Positions 1-14,746 of a stretch of DNA of 64,000 nt are shown here, one piece after another (position 1 is the first letter of the stretch; the number at the start of each line of letters is the position of its first letter). The stretch lies in contig NC_042997.1 of assembly GCF_006345805.1 (NCBI RefSeq), forward strand, positions 45,446,001-45,510,000, read 5' to 3'. The DNA comes from Octopus sinensis (lineage: Eukaryota). The position numbers and the translations under genes were made by a program. The notes under the pieces are model-generated. The model saw only the letters and a program-made list of their open reading frames with translations, was not told the DNA's origin and made no database searches.

Positions 1-95
1 ACAGACCCAGCCACCTTAAGAGATTTACAAAAGACACATTGGATAATCTAGTCCAGAGTACACTGTTCGTAGACAACTAAAAAAAGTAAACATTG

Positions 96-262
96 AGGCA
101 TAGGAGTGGCTGTATGGTGAGTAGCTTGCTTACCAACCACATGGTTCCAGGTTCAGTCCCACTGCATGGCACCTTGGGCAAGTGTCTTCTACTATAGCCT
201 CGGGCCGACCAAAGCCTTGTGAGTGGATTTGGTTGACGGAAACTGAAAAGAAGCCCGTCATA

Positions 263-293
<31 letters not shown>

Positions 294-516
294 GCATGTG
301 TGTGTGTATATGTTTGTGTGTCTGTGTTTGTCCCCCGAACATCACTTGACAACCGATGCTGGTGTGTTTACATCCCCCGAAACTTAGCGGTTCGGCAAAA
401 GAGACTGATAGAATAAGTACTAGGCTTACAAAGAATAAGTCGTGGGGTTGATTTGCTCGGTTAAAGGCGGTGCTCCAGCACGGCCACAGCCACATGACTG
501 AAACAAGTAAAGAGTA
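96..516 (+). mobile_element. tRNA-derived SINE with an internal (TA)n(TG)n microsatellite (family A)
   Basis: tRNA-like head (ggctgtatggtgagtagc...ggttcagtccc), then ccttgggcaagtgtcttctactatagcc, the microsatellite, a conserved body and an aagtaaagagta tail. Many near-identical copies occur in the window. Confidence 0.9.
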
Positions 517-1619
517 TTGAGATGATCATGCTAGAATATAAAATAGGGTTTGCTCAATCAGGGCAAACTTGGGACTGAAGTTAACAACAACAACATCATC
601 ATTTATTATTTGATTTAGTGAATGAGCAAAAACTAGAAAAAACGTAAGTGGGGGCAAGTTGATAAAAAAAGGTGTTGTTTGTCTTATGCTTGATAAGAAA
701 AAGGAAAAGAGGTCTTTGACATTTCAGACATTAGTTTTTCATTAGAAAAGAGAAAGGAAGAAGGGTGGTGGAAAGGAGAGAAGAAGACAGGAAGGCAGAT
801 ACAAAAAGAAAAAAGTTTAGGGGTCAGATGGGAATGTGTTTCTATGAGAGGAATAAGTAGGGGCATTGTGTGCATATATGAAGGGGTGCTGAAAAGTTCC
901 TGGTTTTGGGTAAAAGAAAATACAGGAGGATCAGGATTTTATGCAGCATATTCCCCCCCCCAGATTCACACACTTATTGTAGCAGTTCTTCAGTTTTTTC
1001 GAAGCTCTGTGAAAGAAATCAGAAGGTTCGGCCTCCAACCAGACCTTCCACAATACCCTTAAAGCAAAGAAATTTTCAGCACACTCTCATATAAAAGAGT
1101 ATCTGTCTAAGGGGGGAGGTGTGTAAGTGGTGTGAGGTGCAGGTGGTTTTAATGTTTCTTACTGGTTTTCACTTTAGAATTAAATTAAATATTGTTTTTT
1201 GCAACAATTTAATAACTCAACCAATTCCTTAAAAAGCTACTGTGACCAAATTTTTAATGAAGTAAACTGGCTCTGTGATTTGATTTATTTTGAAATTTGT
1301 AATCAAAATATGGATGAAATTCATAAAATAACTTTACTTTTTTTTTTTAAGGAAGAAAGAATATGCTAATTAAGATACGGAAAAATATGAAATATTAAAT
1401 AAATTTAGATTTCATTGAACAAACATAACATTTTCCAAAAGAAACATTCTTCCACTTCTTCCTTTGTTTCACTCATTTATACCTAAAAAAAAAAGAAAGA
1501 AAGGGGCTACCTAATTAACATATTGCTCTTTTTAGAAAATTATAAAAAGTTAATAACTAATGCAGGTTGTACACAAGGAAGAGAGTAGGATGAAGATTAA
1601 AGGCAAAAACTGTTATAAA

Positions 1620-1871
1620 TCTATAATATAAATTGGACATGGGCGATCGTTGTATTCTTTCTTGTCTTGAGGTTCACAGCCAAACAGCTGGGTGGATTCA
1701 CGTGAAAAAATGGCACACATGTGCACAGACTGGAATGCGGTTTGTATTTTTTTCCTAGCCCCCATAGTTACTAAGAAAATCGATTAAAACTTTTTCTAAT
1801 GGAATCCTCCTCTTTGTTTCGCCATTAAAACAACCAGTTGCTCACATAGCCGGCATATACCATTTTGCTAG
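1620..1871 (+). mobile_element. Non-autonomous Helitron-like element
   Basis: 5' a|TCTATAATATAAAT start, 3' ...ccggcatataccattttgCTAG end, no TSD. The 3' flank base is c rather than the expected t. Confidence 0.6.
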
Positions 1872-2539
1872 CAACAAGGGGTGTACAGGATGACAGTCAG
1901 CCAAAAATTTCGCTATGCTGTCTCTCTTCTTTCACCTCTTTGTGGGGTTAATAATCTTTGGTTACAGTTTCTCGTTAAAATTACATAAAAGGCAGATTTG
2001 TCGGATTAAGACAGTGGGGTGTTTTGAGGGAGATTTTGCTGCTATTTCTACCAGGTCTAGATCATGTAGAGGTCTGAACTTAATTTTCATTCACATATTT
2101 GCATTTCAAAAATTTAACATAATCTTTTCCATAAATCAACTATTGTAAAAATTTTATACGATGAGCACACTCGTCTGCACACACATGCGCGCACACACAC
2201 GCACACACACACACATCCATTTCATATATCTTCTTTCAATTTCTGCTCTCAGCAAATAAAATTTTTACATATACAACTGCTTACAAAAATGGGGATTAAT
2301 GTATAATTTCTTTCTATGTTCATAATTAAATCAATGTTTTAATGATTAGACAGAGGTCCAATAGAATAGCCCTCAGAAACAGACTACGTACAAATTCGTT
2401 CTTCACAACTCCTGAAGCTGTTTTCTGACAAGGGTAGGAAGGCGGGGGGAGTCAGGAAATTTTCATGCAGCCAGAGGCTCCAATCGAAAGAGGGGACCCG
2501 AAATGATAAGGTTGAGAAACGATGTTATAGATTATGCCT

Positions 2540-2602
2540 AACTAGAAACGATCACAGCCACATTATCCAAACCGACAGGGTGAAACCAGGCTTAGCTGCT
2601 AG
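2540..2602 (+). mobile_element. Probable Helitron 3' end (5' boundary not defined)
   Basis: cagggtgaaaccaggcttagctgCTAG|t resembles the subterminal hairpin plus CTAG of the other Helitrons here. Confidence 0.35.
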
Positions 2603-3630
2603 TCTACATTATAAATTCAGTGTCCATGTGCATTTATTTTGCCAATAGAATACCTATACACGCACACAAAAAAAAGAAAAAAATTCTGATACCAAGAAAA
2701 AATGCTGAAGATGGAAAACTTACCATAAGTCCCCAATTTTATTTTATTTCATCTTCCAATATTAATTTGCTATTTGGACATAAGTAAACTAAGATGGAAG
2801 GTCATCTTTATAAACAAACTCTTGACATTTTCTATCATAGAATCAGTGGTGGTCTAAAGCAAGTTGGTACGCAAAGGTTTACTACTAACCATACAAAATG
2901 TTTCAAATCTATAATGTTCATACACACTTAAACTCCTTACATTTTATTTTCTAACTTTAAATCTATCATATGTATACATTCATTTTTCTTATGAATGGAT
3001 AAGATGGTTTAGAAAGTTTGTTATTAGAATAAATTGCAGGAGAAGATTCTTCCACAGCTGGATTCTTTTACAGTATTAATGAACCAATTAGATTTGGAAT
3101 AATAAAATGGAACCTCTGTCAGTTAATGTTATCATGTAGTTGTACATGGACAGGCCTGGATAGCTGCCCATGCATCTTAACATGTATGTGTATTCCTGGA
3201 CAAGATGTTTTGAGGAAGACTGACAGTTGCCACACCACTGATGTTTATCCAATGGAAAAACCGACAACAGGGACCAATACAGTTTGTCATCAGTTTGTCA
3301 CAGGCCTTGCCATTAGAATGCAAAGAGAAAGGACAGATACCACAAGGCATCTCACCACAACCTCTAATAGTTCAATCAATCCCCCTGAATTAGCACTATT
3401 TTCTATCAACCATGAAAATATGAAAATATAAAATGCAAAGTTGATCTCAGTAAGGTTTGAACTCAGAGTGCAGAAAGCTGGAACAAATACTGTAAGGTAT
3501 TTTATCCAATGCTCTGACAACTGTGGCAATTCACTCCCTTGAAATCTCTTGTCAAACAATACTACACAAGGCTCAGTGGAAGAATTTTCACAACTCTATA
3601 TCAGTCTAAAAGATGACATAATAAATATAT

Positions 3631-3877
3631 GTGCCCTTTTAAAGCCTAGCCGGGCTGATGGGCCTGGTTTCCCAGTTTCTATGGCGTATATGTTCCCCAG
3701 CTGCATGGGACGCCAGTCTATTGCAGTGTTACTCATTTTTGCCAGCTGAGTGGACTGGAGCAACGTGAAATAAAGTGTTTTTCTCAAGAACACAATGTGT
3801 CGCCTGGTCCTGGAATTGAAACCACAATCTTACAATCATTATGCTGACATCCTAACAACTAAGCCACGTGCCTCCAC
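3631..3877 (-). mobile_element. CORE-type tRNA SINE (family C head) with a gactggcgtccc tail
   Basis: Reverse complement of the head/CORE segment at 8086. The tail matches that of the SINE at 37474. Confidence 0.8.
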
Positions 3878-4889
3878 GAAAGATGACATATATTTGGTAA
3901 ATAAGTTCAAATCCTATGAAACCACTTTGTTTAATTTTCAACTGAAAAAATCTTGGCAGTAAATTATGACCAATAGAAAAAGAAAACATTAAAGCAATGA
4001 CGAACATCACCCCTCCACACAAACACCCCACTATTTTAGAAGAAAATAATAAATTAAAAGAAGCCAATGAGACTTGAGCTGTTAGAAACAATAGTCAAAT
4101 ATCCCATATACCACATTGGACAATATAGTTTTAGACAAGCAAAATGACTGGATAGTTATTCAGGGAATGCATTTGATTAGAAGTCTGTTCAATCTGGTTT
4201 GCCTGGTATCAAGCAACAAATTAAATAAAACAAACTATAACAAAATACTATTTTCAATCATTTTCTGAAAAAACTCATACATATATTAAGTGTCCTCCAG
4301 GCTGGAGGATTTCACTAAATTATTTGGCATTCTCCTGGTTCAATAATTTTATAACTAATTAGTTTTCAGTTTGTATTAGCTATAGGTTAGTGCATCATTA
4401 ATTATGACTTTTTGTTATTTTAGAATTTCATATCTATTTTGTATTAACTTTTATTTAGCTATGTTCATGTGGTATACTACTTTGAAGTAGATTTCAATCT
4501 TTTGACTTATACCAATGATTTTCCATCCATTTTTTATTTTAGGTTGTTAAAAAAAAAAATTAAATTCAAGCACTTTTATTGTATGACTTCAAAACCAAAT
4601 TCATAGCAATAGAAAATGCTTATAATATCAATTAACAATAAAAGCAAAGGTCTGTTGACAAGCATGTAGCTTAACATAGGGTCCAAGAATTTCACAATGG
4701 AAATAAGAGCCCTGAAGAAGATTATGGATAACATTTAGTGATTTACAGCCTCAGGGAGGCAATGACAAGTGACTGAGAACTTTGATGATATGCTGTGCTT
4801 GAGAAGACCCATCAAGCCAAGTGAAATAGTATTTAAAATAGTTTTAAAAATTGGGTGTCATATAAGCTGAAAAAAAAAATAGCTGTTAC

Positions 4890-5400
4890 GAAACCTGCTA
4901 TGAGATTCTTTCACACAGCAAATAAAAACCATTTCTTGATTGTATTATGACATGATGAAAAATGGATTGTGTGTGACAACTAATGGTATTTTATACAATG
5001 GCTGGATAAAGGAGAAGCTCCAAGATGTTTCAGCAAACTGAAGCTGCATCAAAAGAAAGTTCTGATCACTGTTTGGTGATCAGCATGTGGCATCATCCAC
5101 AATTATTTCCTGAATCAATGGCAATCCCTTCCCAACAGAGAAGACTTTGCAAAAAAAAAAAAAAAAGACAAATGCATCAAAAACTGTAACAATTACACTC
5201 AGTATTAGTCACTTGGAAAGCGCCAATTCTTCTCTAGGATAAAACCTAATCATATATCATGCAAATGACTCTGCAACAGTATATCAAACAGGGCTACAAA
5301 ATTTTGTCTCATTCAGCCTACTCCCCCGACTTTTACCTGAGCAACAACCACTTTTCAGGCATCTAGGTAACTTCTTGTATGTGAAAGATTTTCATCAACC
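4890..5400 (+). pseudogene. Decayed mariner (DD34D-type) transposase
   Basis: Broken translation FLDCIM..DEKWIVCDN..QWLDKGEAP..KLHQKKVLITVW..GIIH, and a YSPD motif at 5319-5330. Multiple stops and frameshifts. Confidence 0.85.
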
Positions 5401-6117
5401 AAGCAGCAGTTTAATTCACCAATTCCAGGACTCCAGAATTCTTGGCAAAAAGTAGCTAGATTCTAATAATTACTATTTTGATTAATATAATTTATTCTGA
5501 GCTGCGGTGTAATTACTTTAAAGTTGATGCTTTAAAAAATTATTAGCTTAACAGTGACTGTTTATATAAGACAGACAGAGTTGTGGATATTTCATTTCAG
5601 TTTCAAGAGATTAGTGTACATAAGTCAAGACTGTTCGTGTACTATTTCATTTATTTAAAGTAGTCATGACTTTAAATAAGTAAAATGGTACATATTTGTA
5701 CTATTTTTAACAATAGTATAAATATTTAGTTCAGCAATCCTAATACATACTAAAATATTTACTTCATGACTCATGGATAAGTTTAGTTCCTATTCAATGA
5801 AAATATCCCAATCTGTTTTTAACTCCAGAACATTTGGAAATATTTAACACAATATATTCACTTTTCATTGCTGATAGCTTACAACTAAAAAGTAACATGA
5901 ATTTAGGAAAAGGACAGAAAAATTTATTCTAAGTCTACTAGTGTGTTTTGACTTGACATCACAAGTAAAAAAAAAAAAATTTAAAAATGAAGTGCCATGC
6001 AAAACATTAAAAAAAATAATAAAGCCAGAGATATAAAGATAAAATGAAATTATTATTCTTATTCTTCGACTCAAGTAATATTTGCAACAGATGTATATAA
6101 ATAAATAACCTGAAAAT

Positions 6118-6181
<64 letters not shown>

Positions 6182-6660
6182 TTGAACATATGCAATAAAG
6201 CAATATACACTAATATTGATATTGTTTGTGTTTTATACTAAGAAATAAAAAAGACATATCTGATGACTGTCATATCAAAATTTTAAATAACCTGTGTACA
6301 ATCATTAGTTTGAATTGCTTTTATACACACATATACACACATTCTTGACAGTATCTTAATAAAATAGTTCAAAATTTTAAACCATAAAACTTATGAAATA
6401 CTGTCAAGAAAACATATCTTCTTATTACAAACAATTATGGGGAAAAAATAAATGAAAGAATGAATGAAAGCTACCAACATACAAATGAATATTTATTGGC
6501 TTTGTTTATTTCAAGATCAACAATACTGGTTATCTTAATGGAGTTGTTACCCAGAAAACAGAATAGAAATTGTCGCAGAAAAGTTGAGAAAATTACATAA
6601 TTTGCATTGAAGAATTTTCATTACATTAAAAATATAAATTTTAGATAGAAAATTAGAAAG

Positions 6661-6709
<49 letters not shown>

Positions 6710-6739
6710 TTCTGAGAAAGAAAGCTGGATTAATTTATG

Positions 6740-7200
6740 GACTAACACTGTAGAATTATAAATTGGTTTAAAAGCTTAAAAAAAATATTGAATTTATGCA
6801 AATGGACATTTCTAGCAACTACTCTATTATCCCTATTCTTCCCAACAGACCTCCAATTTTCACAATAAAAAAATGTAAATTATCTCGACAAAAAAACAGA
6901 GAGTATCAGCAAGGAAAATGTTATTTAATTCGAAGGTAATTGCTGGATTAGAAAGGAGAAACCTAACAATTTTGATATAACCATGAATTTGAGTGACTCA
7001 GAGCATATACCTCATTGGTATATTCATATTATACAACATTAAAAAGGAGTTCCTGGAATAAATGGTTGGTCTACACATGGACGATCCTCTTTTTACTTTC
7101 TATGGCTGTAGTAACATAGAATTTGTGAGGAATAAAAAATATCTTAGAAATTTCTGAAAAAACATTGAACTACTTACAACATTAGGAACTAGAAAGTAGT
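6740..7200 (+). pseudogene. Decayed Penelope-like reverse transcriptase fragment
   Basis: Broken motifs WFKSL..FMQMDI, FDITMN and GLHMDDPL resemble the PLE RT motifs WFK..FIQFDI, FDVTMG and GLYRDDGL. The relic probably continues to about 8060, past the SINE insertion. Confidence 0.6.
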
Positions 7201-7411
7201 TAATTTTCTAATTGTGACATTAGAACTTAACAAAGGCTTATATCATTCATACAATAAACACAACAAAATGTTAACAGAAAGTTCAGTCATGCTAGAGCGA
7301 GTAATTAAGCCCTTTATTAAGGGGGCTTCAACTAGACTTTCTGCTAATGGGAAGATATTTTCACAAAATGTGGACTACAACAGTTAAGTAAGGGCTGCAT
7401 ATACCAATAAA

Positions 7412-7799
7412 GTGGAGGCGCAATGGCCCAGTGGTTAGGGCAGCGGACTAGCGGTCGTAGGATCGCGGTTTCGATTCCCAGACCGGGCGTTGTGAGTGTT
7501 TATTGAGCGAAAACACCTAAAGCTTCACGAGGCTCCGGCAGGGGGTGGTGGCAACCCCTGTTGTACTCTTTCACCACAACTTTCTCTCACTCTTACTTCC
7601 TGTTTCTGTTGTACCTGTATTTCAAAGGGCCGGTTTTGTCACTCTCTGTGTCACGCTGAATATCCCCGAGAACTACGTTAAGGGTACACGTGTCTGTGGA
7701 GTGCTCAGCCACTTACACGTTAATTTCACGAGCAGGCTGTTCCGTTGATTCGGATCAACCGGAACCCTCGTCGTCGTAACCGATGGAGTGCTTCCATCC
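7412..7799 (+). mobile_element. tRNA(Arg)-like SINE (family D head), full length with TSD
   Basis: A-box tggcccagtggttaggg and B-box gtttcgattccc. 11-bp target-site duplication ataccaataaa at 7401-7411 and 7800-7810. Confidence 0.92.
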
Positions 7800-8085
7800 A
7801 TACCAATAAAATTTGATTTGTCCCAGATGACAGGGATTTAAAAATGCATAAGGATAGTGAGCCATATTCACAAGTGCTCAGATGTAGTAACGTGGAAGAT
7901 CTATAACAGTTTTATTACAATAGCAGTAACAAGTATTGATTACATGCTTCAAATCCAAGCTAACAGTTCACACCGTCAAAAACAACATAAGCTAAAAAGA
8001 ATTCTGTAGCTACAAAGCAGATACAGAAGATCTAATACGAATCTGGAAGACTTAGGTAATAAACCTTAATTTACTAGAAGTACAT

Positions 8086-8428
8086 GTGAAGACGCGTGGC
8101 TCAGTGGTTAGAGCATCGAGCTTACGATCGTGAGGTTGTGAGCTCGAATCCCGGACCAGGCTGCGTGATGTGTTCTCGAGCAAGACACTTTATTTCACGT
8201 TGCTCCAGTTCACTCAGCTGTAGAAATGAGTTGCGACGTCACAGGTGCCAAGCTGTATCAGCCCTTGCCTTTCCCTTGGACAACATCGGTGACGTGGAGA
8301 GGGGAGGCCGGTATGCATGGGCGACTGCTGGTCTTCCATAAAAAAAAACAACCTTGCCCAGACTTGTGCCTCAGAGGGTAACTCTCTAGGTGCAAACCCA
8401 TGGTCAGTGTCTGACTGAAGGGGGTCAC
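8086..8428 (+). mobile_element. CORE-type tRNA SINE (family C)
   Basis: tggctcagtggttagagc...ctcgaatccc head, then a CORE-like gagcaagacactttatttcacgttgctccagttcactcagctgtagaaatgag segment. Homologous copies at 62371-62680 (+) and 32990-33205 (-, tail only). Confidence 0.88.
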
Positions 8429-9175
8429 CACATGTAATAAATGCATGATAATCTGTACTTGGATGATAGTCATCATACCTAATATGACTTAAGAAGAATG
8501 ATTAAATTTAAAATTGACCATACACCACTCAATAGCAATAAAACAAGTAGAAACAGGTTATGCATGAGAAATATCACATGGTCCAAACCTCACATCTAGG
8601 AATTCGTGAATTCCAAAAAACACTTCGCTTCTTAAATAGATAAAATTTTATAACAGACATATATTGAATTTGGCATACTCCACTTACAATAGCAATTAAC
8701 AATAAAATATAAAATAGTAATAGAGTTTACCTTTAATTATGCAAGTAAGAATTATACATGTCTATAGGGAGAGGGTGCACATGTGTGTATATGCTATCAA
8801 TATGTATATATTTATATTCATATGTATATATATATATATATATTCATATACAAATTTTAGTATTGTGTTGTTATAAGTGTTGAGTTCTATATTTAATCAT
8901 CTATTTTTGAGAGGAATTTATATCACATAAATGTATTAACCACTAGTATATTGACTATATTAGCAGAATACTTTCTTGAAGGCTCACTGTGTATTTTCAA
9001 GGTCATTTACAGCACACTACACATCACAAAACAAAGTTAGATAGAAAGGTATTTGAGGATAAATATATCATCATTATCATTTTGCAACATCTATACTAAC
9101 AAGGGTTGCATGATAATGTCTGTTTGTGAATGCATGCTACCATCTAAGGATGGGGTAATTATTTGAGTACAAACA

Positions 9176-9587
<412 letters not shown>

Positions 9588-10424
9588 GTAGGTATAATCT
9601 TGGAGATAGGAAGATTTGGAGAGAAATAGAGAAAGAGAGGATTGTATTGAGAATTTTATAAATACATATTTTCTCGATGTCAGATATCTATAGCAAGACT
9701 TATGTAAACCAACCACAATACGAGATTACAATGAACAAAACAAGTTGTGTAGAGAACTTCCAAATAAATCTATTTTCAACTCCATGAATATAAGCGTAAT
9801 AATGACAAAGATGATGGTGCTAATGATGACGATGCGGATAATGATGATGATGTCAAGGAAGAATTCATTTGTGTGAGTTCAACGTAGCTATTGGAAATAG
9901 ATTTAAAAAGATACCATCAACAAACCTAACAACAGTACTTATGCATAATTATTGGGTATTTTCTTCAGATTGAAGATGTGTTCTTTAGATTTGGGTTCTT
10001 TCTTTTTTTTTTTTCATTTAATTTGTTTTCCTTGTGTGTGTGTGTGTTTTTTATTTTATTTTATTTTATTTTATTTTATTAGCTTGGTTTAGTTTTTTTT
10101 TTTCTTTTTCTTTTTAGCTTTGCCTGTAAATTGCTAACAACTACTCAGTACATGTCTTGTTACAAAACAAAACATTACAACATGATCTTCATTACCGACC
10201 ACCACCACTTAAACATTGTCTTGTGAAATGTGTTTGTACACAAAGATTCTTGCACAAGTGATTGTCAGCCCATTTAAATGCAAAGAAACAGTCTCCCTGC
10301 AGTCAAACAACACAGAACTGAAACAAAAAGAGACTGGTTCTTGATTTTGCGTGCTTGGAATATGATGTTCATCATTGTTGTTGTACTTGTTGTTGTTGTA
10401 ATGTTGTTGTTATGTCATTTGCAG

Positions 10425-10468
10425 AAAATCTTCCCTGAGCAAATGCCAGCTGAAGCAAAGCAGAATGG
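10425..10468 (+). CDS. Putative internal exon of a plus-strand gene (KSSLSKCQLKQSRM or KIFPEQMPAEAKQNG)
   Basis: Acceptor ttatgtcatttgcag and a consensus donor G|gtaagt. Two frames are open and both splice onto 14747. Confidence 0.5.
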
Positions 10469-10535
10469 GTAAGTAGAGAAGTACAATACAGTTTTCCTGT
10501 GTGTGTGTGTGTGCGTGTGTGTGTGTGTGTGTGTG

Positions 10536-10571
<36 letters not shown>

Positions 10572-11967
10572 GGTCTTTTTGTTTGATTTTTGTTTGATTT
10601 TTGTTTCATTGTCTTCTTGTGGAATTTCAGGATGGAAACGAAAGAAAGGTAAGAAAGAAAGAAATGGAAAAAAAAAAAATGGAAGGAAGGAAGGAAGTAA
10701 CAACCTTGGTAAAAAAAAAAAAAAAAAAAAAGAAAAGAAAAAAATGAAGCAATGTGGAACTAACATAAATTATACTCTGAAAATACACTAAAGACAGTAT
10801 CAGAAAGAGGAGTAGGAGGTGGAGTAGGAGGGTAGATAAAAGATGTAAATAAACATAAAATAATAAAGGTAGATAAGTAAATTACAGAAAGAAAAGAAAA
10901 CATACTAATACAAACATAAACACACATACAAGCACATAGAAACACACACATATACACATACAAGCACACACATAGAAACATATACATATGTATACATAGA
11001 ATACAATAAATGAATCTGTCAGGTTAGAATGAGTATTCTAATTGTTTGGTCACTGAATTATGAAGCAAGTGGGTGAGTACTCCACAGACTAGAGTACTTT
11101 TAATGTCATTCTCAAAGAGAATTAGTGTGACATAGTTTGTGACAAGATCAGTCCTTTCAATTACAAGTACAGTCCATCAGAGAGGCTTCCTCACAATTTC
11201 CACCTGTCATATAGCAGTGCAAAGGTGAAAATTGACCCGAAGTTATGACAAAAGACACTCGTCTGAAATGCAGTGCTGTGGATTGAACCTGAGAATTCAT
11301 AGTTGCAAAGTGAACATCTTCACTATGACACACACATATCAACAAATACACATACACACACATACTAATGCACAGGGACACATACTAATAGAGACATTCA
11401 CACATACACTATTACACAGATATAAACTAACACACAGCAATAGAGACGCATAAAAAATACTAACACAGACACAGACACACACATTCAGAGACACATACAC
11501 ATGGATGCAAACAAAGAGATGCACTAATGCAGGTGCATACAGACAGATGGATACATATAAACACAAATACATAAGTAACAAAGACGCACGCGCAAACATG
11601 TATAAAGACAACCACGCGCATATATGCAGTCACTTTTACCACAGTTGCATTGGATGAAATGGTGTTTTCTAAAACAGTGAATTTGTTTATTACTGTAAAC
11701 AGACATGGATTGCTCAGATTATTGTCTACAAAAGCATTAAATCGTGAAATAATTCAGAGGAGATTACTACTCCTTTGTGAGAAACAGATTTGGTGGCTGA
11801 GAGAAGTGTGGGGAACGGGGAGCAGGTACATTTCATATTTCACTGTTTAAACTAAGAAATATATATATATTATTATATATACATATATGTGTGTGTATAT
11901 GTATATATGAGTGAATATATATGTGTGTGTGTATGTATGTGTGTGTGCGTATATATATGTATATACA

Positions 11968-12027
<60 letters not shown>

Positions 12028-13013
12028 GTATGTATGTATACATACATGTGCGTGTGTATATGCATGTATGATTGAATATATGCGTGTGTGTGTGGGTATG
12101 TATGAGGGAATTATATATATGTACATGTATTTAAAACAGCATGTTACCTGCATGAATGTTAATGCAAATATATATATGTGCGTTTGTGTGTGCATAAAAT
12201 GAGTGTGCATGTATGTGTGACTGTGTGTGTAACTATACACACGTTAATGCAAATACACACACACACACACAGAAATACATACTTTCATTAACATACATGA
12301 ACACACATACTCTGGGTGTGTTTGTTCATGTGTCTCTTTGTACACAAACACACACACACACACATATATATATATATTATATACATATACATAAATGAAA
12401 TGTTTATCTTCATGCATATTAATGCAAACATACATGTTTGTGCACACATTTGCATATATACGTGATTATGCAGACGCATGCATTTGTGTATAGTGTACAC
12501 GAGTATGTGTGTGTGTGTGTGTACATGTGTAAGTGTACATAATCTTCCTTCACATATGAGTAGGAAATATGAATATATAAAAAGAGGAGGAAGAAATCAT
12601 ACAAATAAATCATCGAAATCGTAACTGTATGCACACACATGCACACGTGCACACACGTGCACACGTGCACACACATGCATATGGTCACATACATACACAT
12701 ATATACACACAATGTCTCTTTACCTATATTGTTATTAACACTGCAAATATTTCTCTTCTTTCACCCCACATTTCCCCCCACCCAATTCTCAGCATATCTT
12801 TTCCACGGATAAAAACTTATGAGGACAGAGCAGGGTGGGGAATCGTTTTAGAACACCCACTTTCTTTCCGCCTCACCCTCATCATACTTGTTTTTGTTTT
12901 TTTTTTCTGACGCAAATCTTAAACTAGACTAGATCTTTTCAGAATGTTTCATTTAAACTAAACTAATATATATATATATATATATATACACATATTATAT
13001 GTGTATATATATG

Positions 13014-13070
<57 letters not shown>

Positions 13071-13196
13071 TATACACATATATATATGTATATATATAAT
13101 ATATATATATATACATATATATACACATATATATATGTATATATATATATATATATATATACCACACACACACATATATATATATATAATATATAT

Positions 13197-13245
<49 letters not shown>

Positions 13246-13280
13246 TATACTAACCCCATAGTATATATATATATATATAT

Positions 13281-13550
13281 TTGCTGAACCGCTAAGTTAC
13301 GGGGACGTAAACACACCAGCATCGGTTGTCAAGCAATGCTAGGGGGACAAACACAGACACACACACACATACACATATATATATATACATATATACGACG
13401 GGCTTCTTTCAGTTTCCGTCTACCAAATCCACTCACAAGGCATTGGTCGGCCCGGGGCTATAGCAGAAGACACTTGCCCAAGATGCCATGCAGTGGGACT
13501 GAACCCGGAACCATGTGGTTGGTTAGCAAGCTACTTACCACACAGCCACT
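13281..13550 (-). mobile_element. Family A SINE, 3'-truncated
   Basis: Reverse complement of the 96-516 element. Confidence 0.9.
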
Positions 13551-14746
13551 AAAAATAAGTATGTCATAAAAAAGCCAGAGAGAGAATTATTATGGAGGCA
13601 AAGGAAACAATGGACAAGGAAAGTAAATGGAAGCCTTAGTCCACATAATAATCATTATGACACTAATCAGTAATATATTATTTCTATTTTTGTTACTGGT
13701 ACAGTCTGTACCGTCAGCAAGCAACGACAATACATAAATTGGGTAAAACAATGGCTTCAAGCAAGACTACATGAATAGACATCTATTATATATGCTAAGG
13801 TCACTTGCACAGCTGGCCTCAACAACTAAAATAAACTAAGGATTCATTTACTACACACACACACACACACACATACACACAAGTGCCTGTGTGTGTGTGT
13901 CTGTATGTGCATATAAAGTATTAAAAAAAGTGTGTAGGGTCTGGAGTTGTTTTGTCTTGGGTTGGTCCAATGTTTTTATTTATCTATTTTTTTATAGCTA
14001 TGTGTGTGTGTGTGTGTGTGTATACAGGCACATAATGAAGGAAGTAAAAAACTGTATTTCACACACACACACACAACACACACACATACATATATATACA
14101 TACATGCATACATACACACTCACTTTATATGTGAATGTATGAATTTTTTTGTTGGTGGGAAAGAAAACAGCTAGAGCGAGAGAGCATGGAAGAGCAGAGA
14201 AATAGAGGAGGAAGAAGAGAAGGAGAGGGATAGAGAGAGAAAGATATATGTATGAGTATATATATATATATATATAAAGGGAGTGAAATGGGAGTATAAA
14301 AGTGACTAATGCAAAAACTATTTTTAGGTTTACCTGTACTCCACCTGGTTGGCCATTCAATTGACATTGATTGATGTTTGAAAGAATAATCAGTAATGGC
14401 AATGGGAGTAGGACTGAAGGAGATAGGATTTATGAAATTGCAACAAGATACACATACGTGTATCTAGCTTGTGTTATGGAGTCCCCCGCCCCACCAGCAC
14501 ACCAACACAAGGAAAAACTAAAGGAAAATCCATTCTCCTTCATCCTACTGCCATATCAAAAAGCATTTACTAGACATATGGAGAGAGAAAAAAATAAATA
14601 AGGAGAGAAAAAAAAAGGGGGGAAAAAGAAGTGGTACATAGGTGTAGGCAAGACCAAAGAGAGGCCATAAATTGTTCAGAAAGACAATACACAATAAAGA
14701 GAACACATCAGATATCCTTACTGTCATAAATTTGATGTTTTTTCAG

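Noticed and set aside
77-495. Recurrent ORFs such as [42 protein letters not shown]
   Set aside because: Antisense translation of family A SINE copies; the recurrence reflects the repeat, not a protein family.
2841-3072. Candidate plus-strand exons 2841-2866 and 3040-3072 (NQWWSKAS-WRRFFHSWILL)
   Set aside because: The phases can be made to join the 10425 exon, but the second exon has weak splice sites and exons this short fit by chance; not supportable without RNA data.
7412-7490. tRNA-like sequences with A and B boxes (also at 8086, 37474, 61955, 62371)
   Set aside because: The acceptor stems are incomplete and each continues into a SINE body; these are SINE heads, not tRNA genes.
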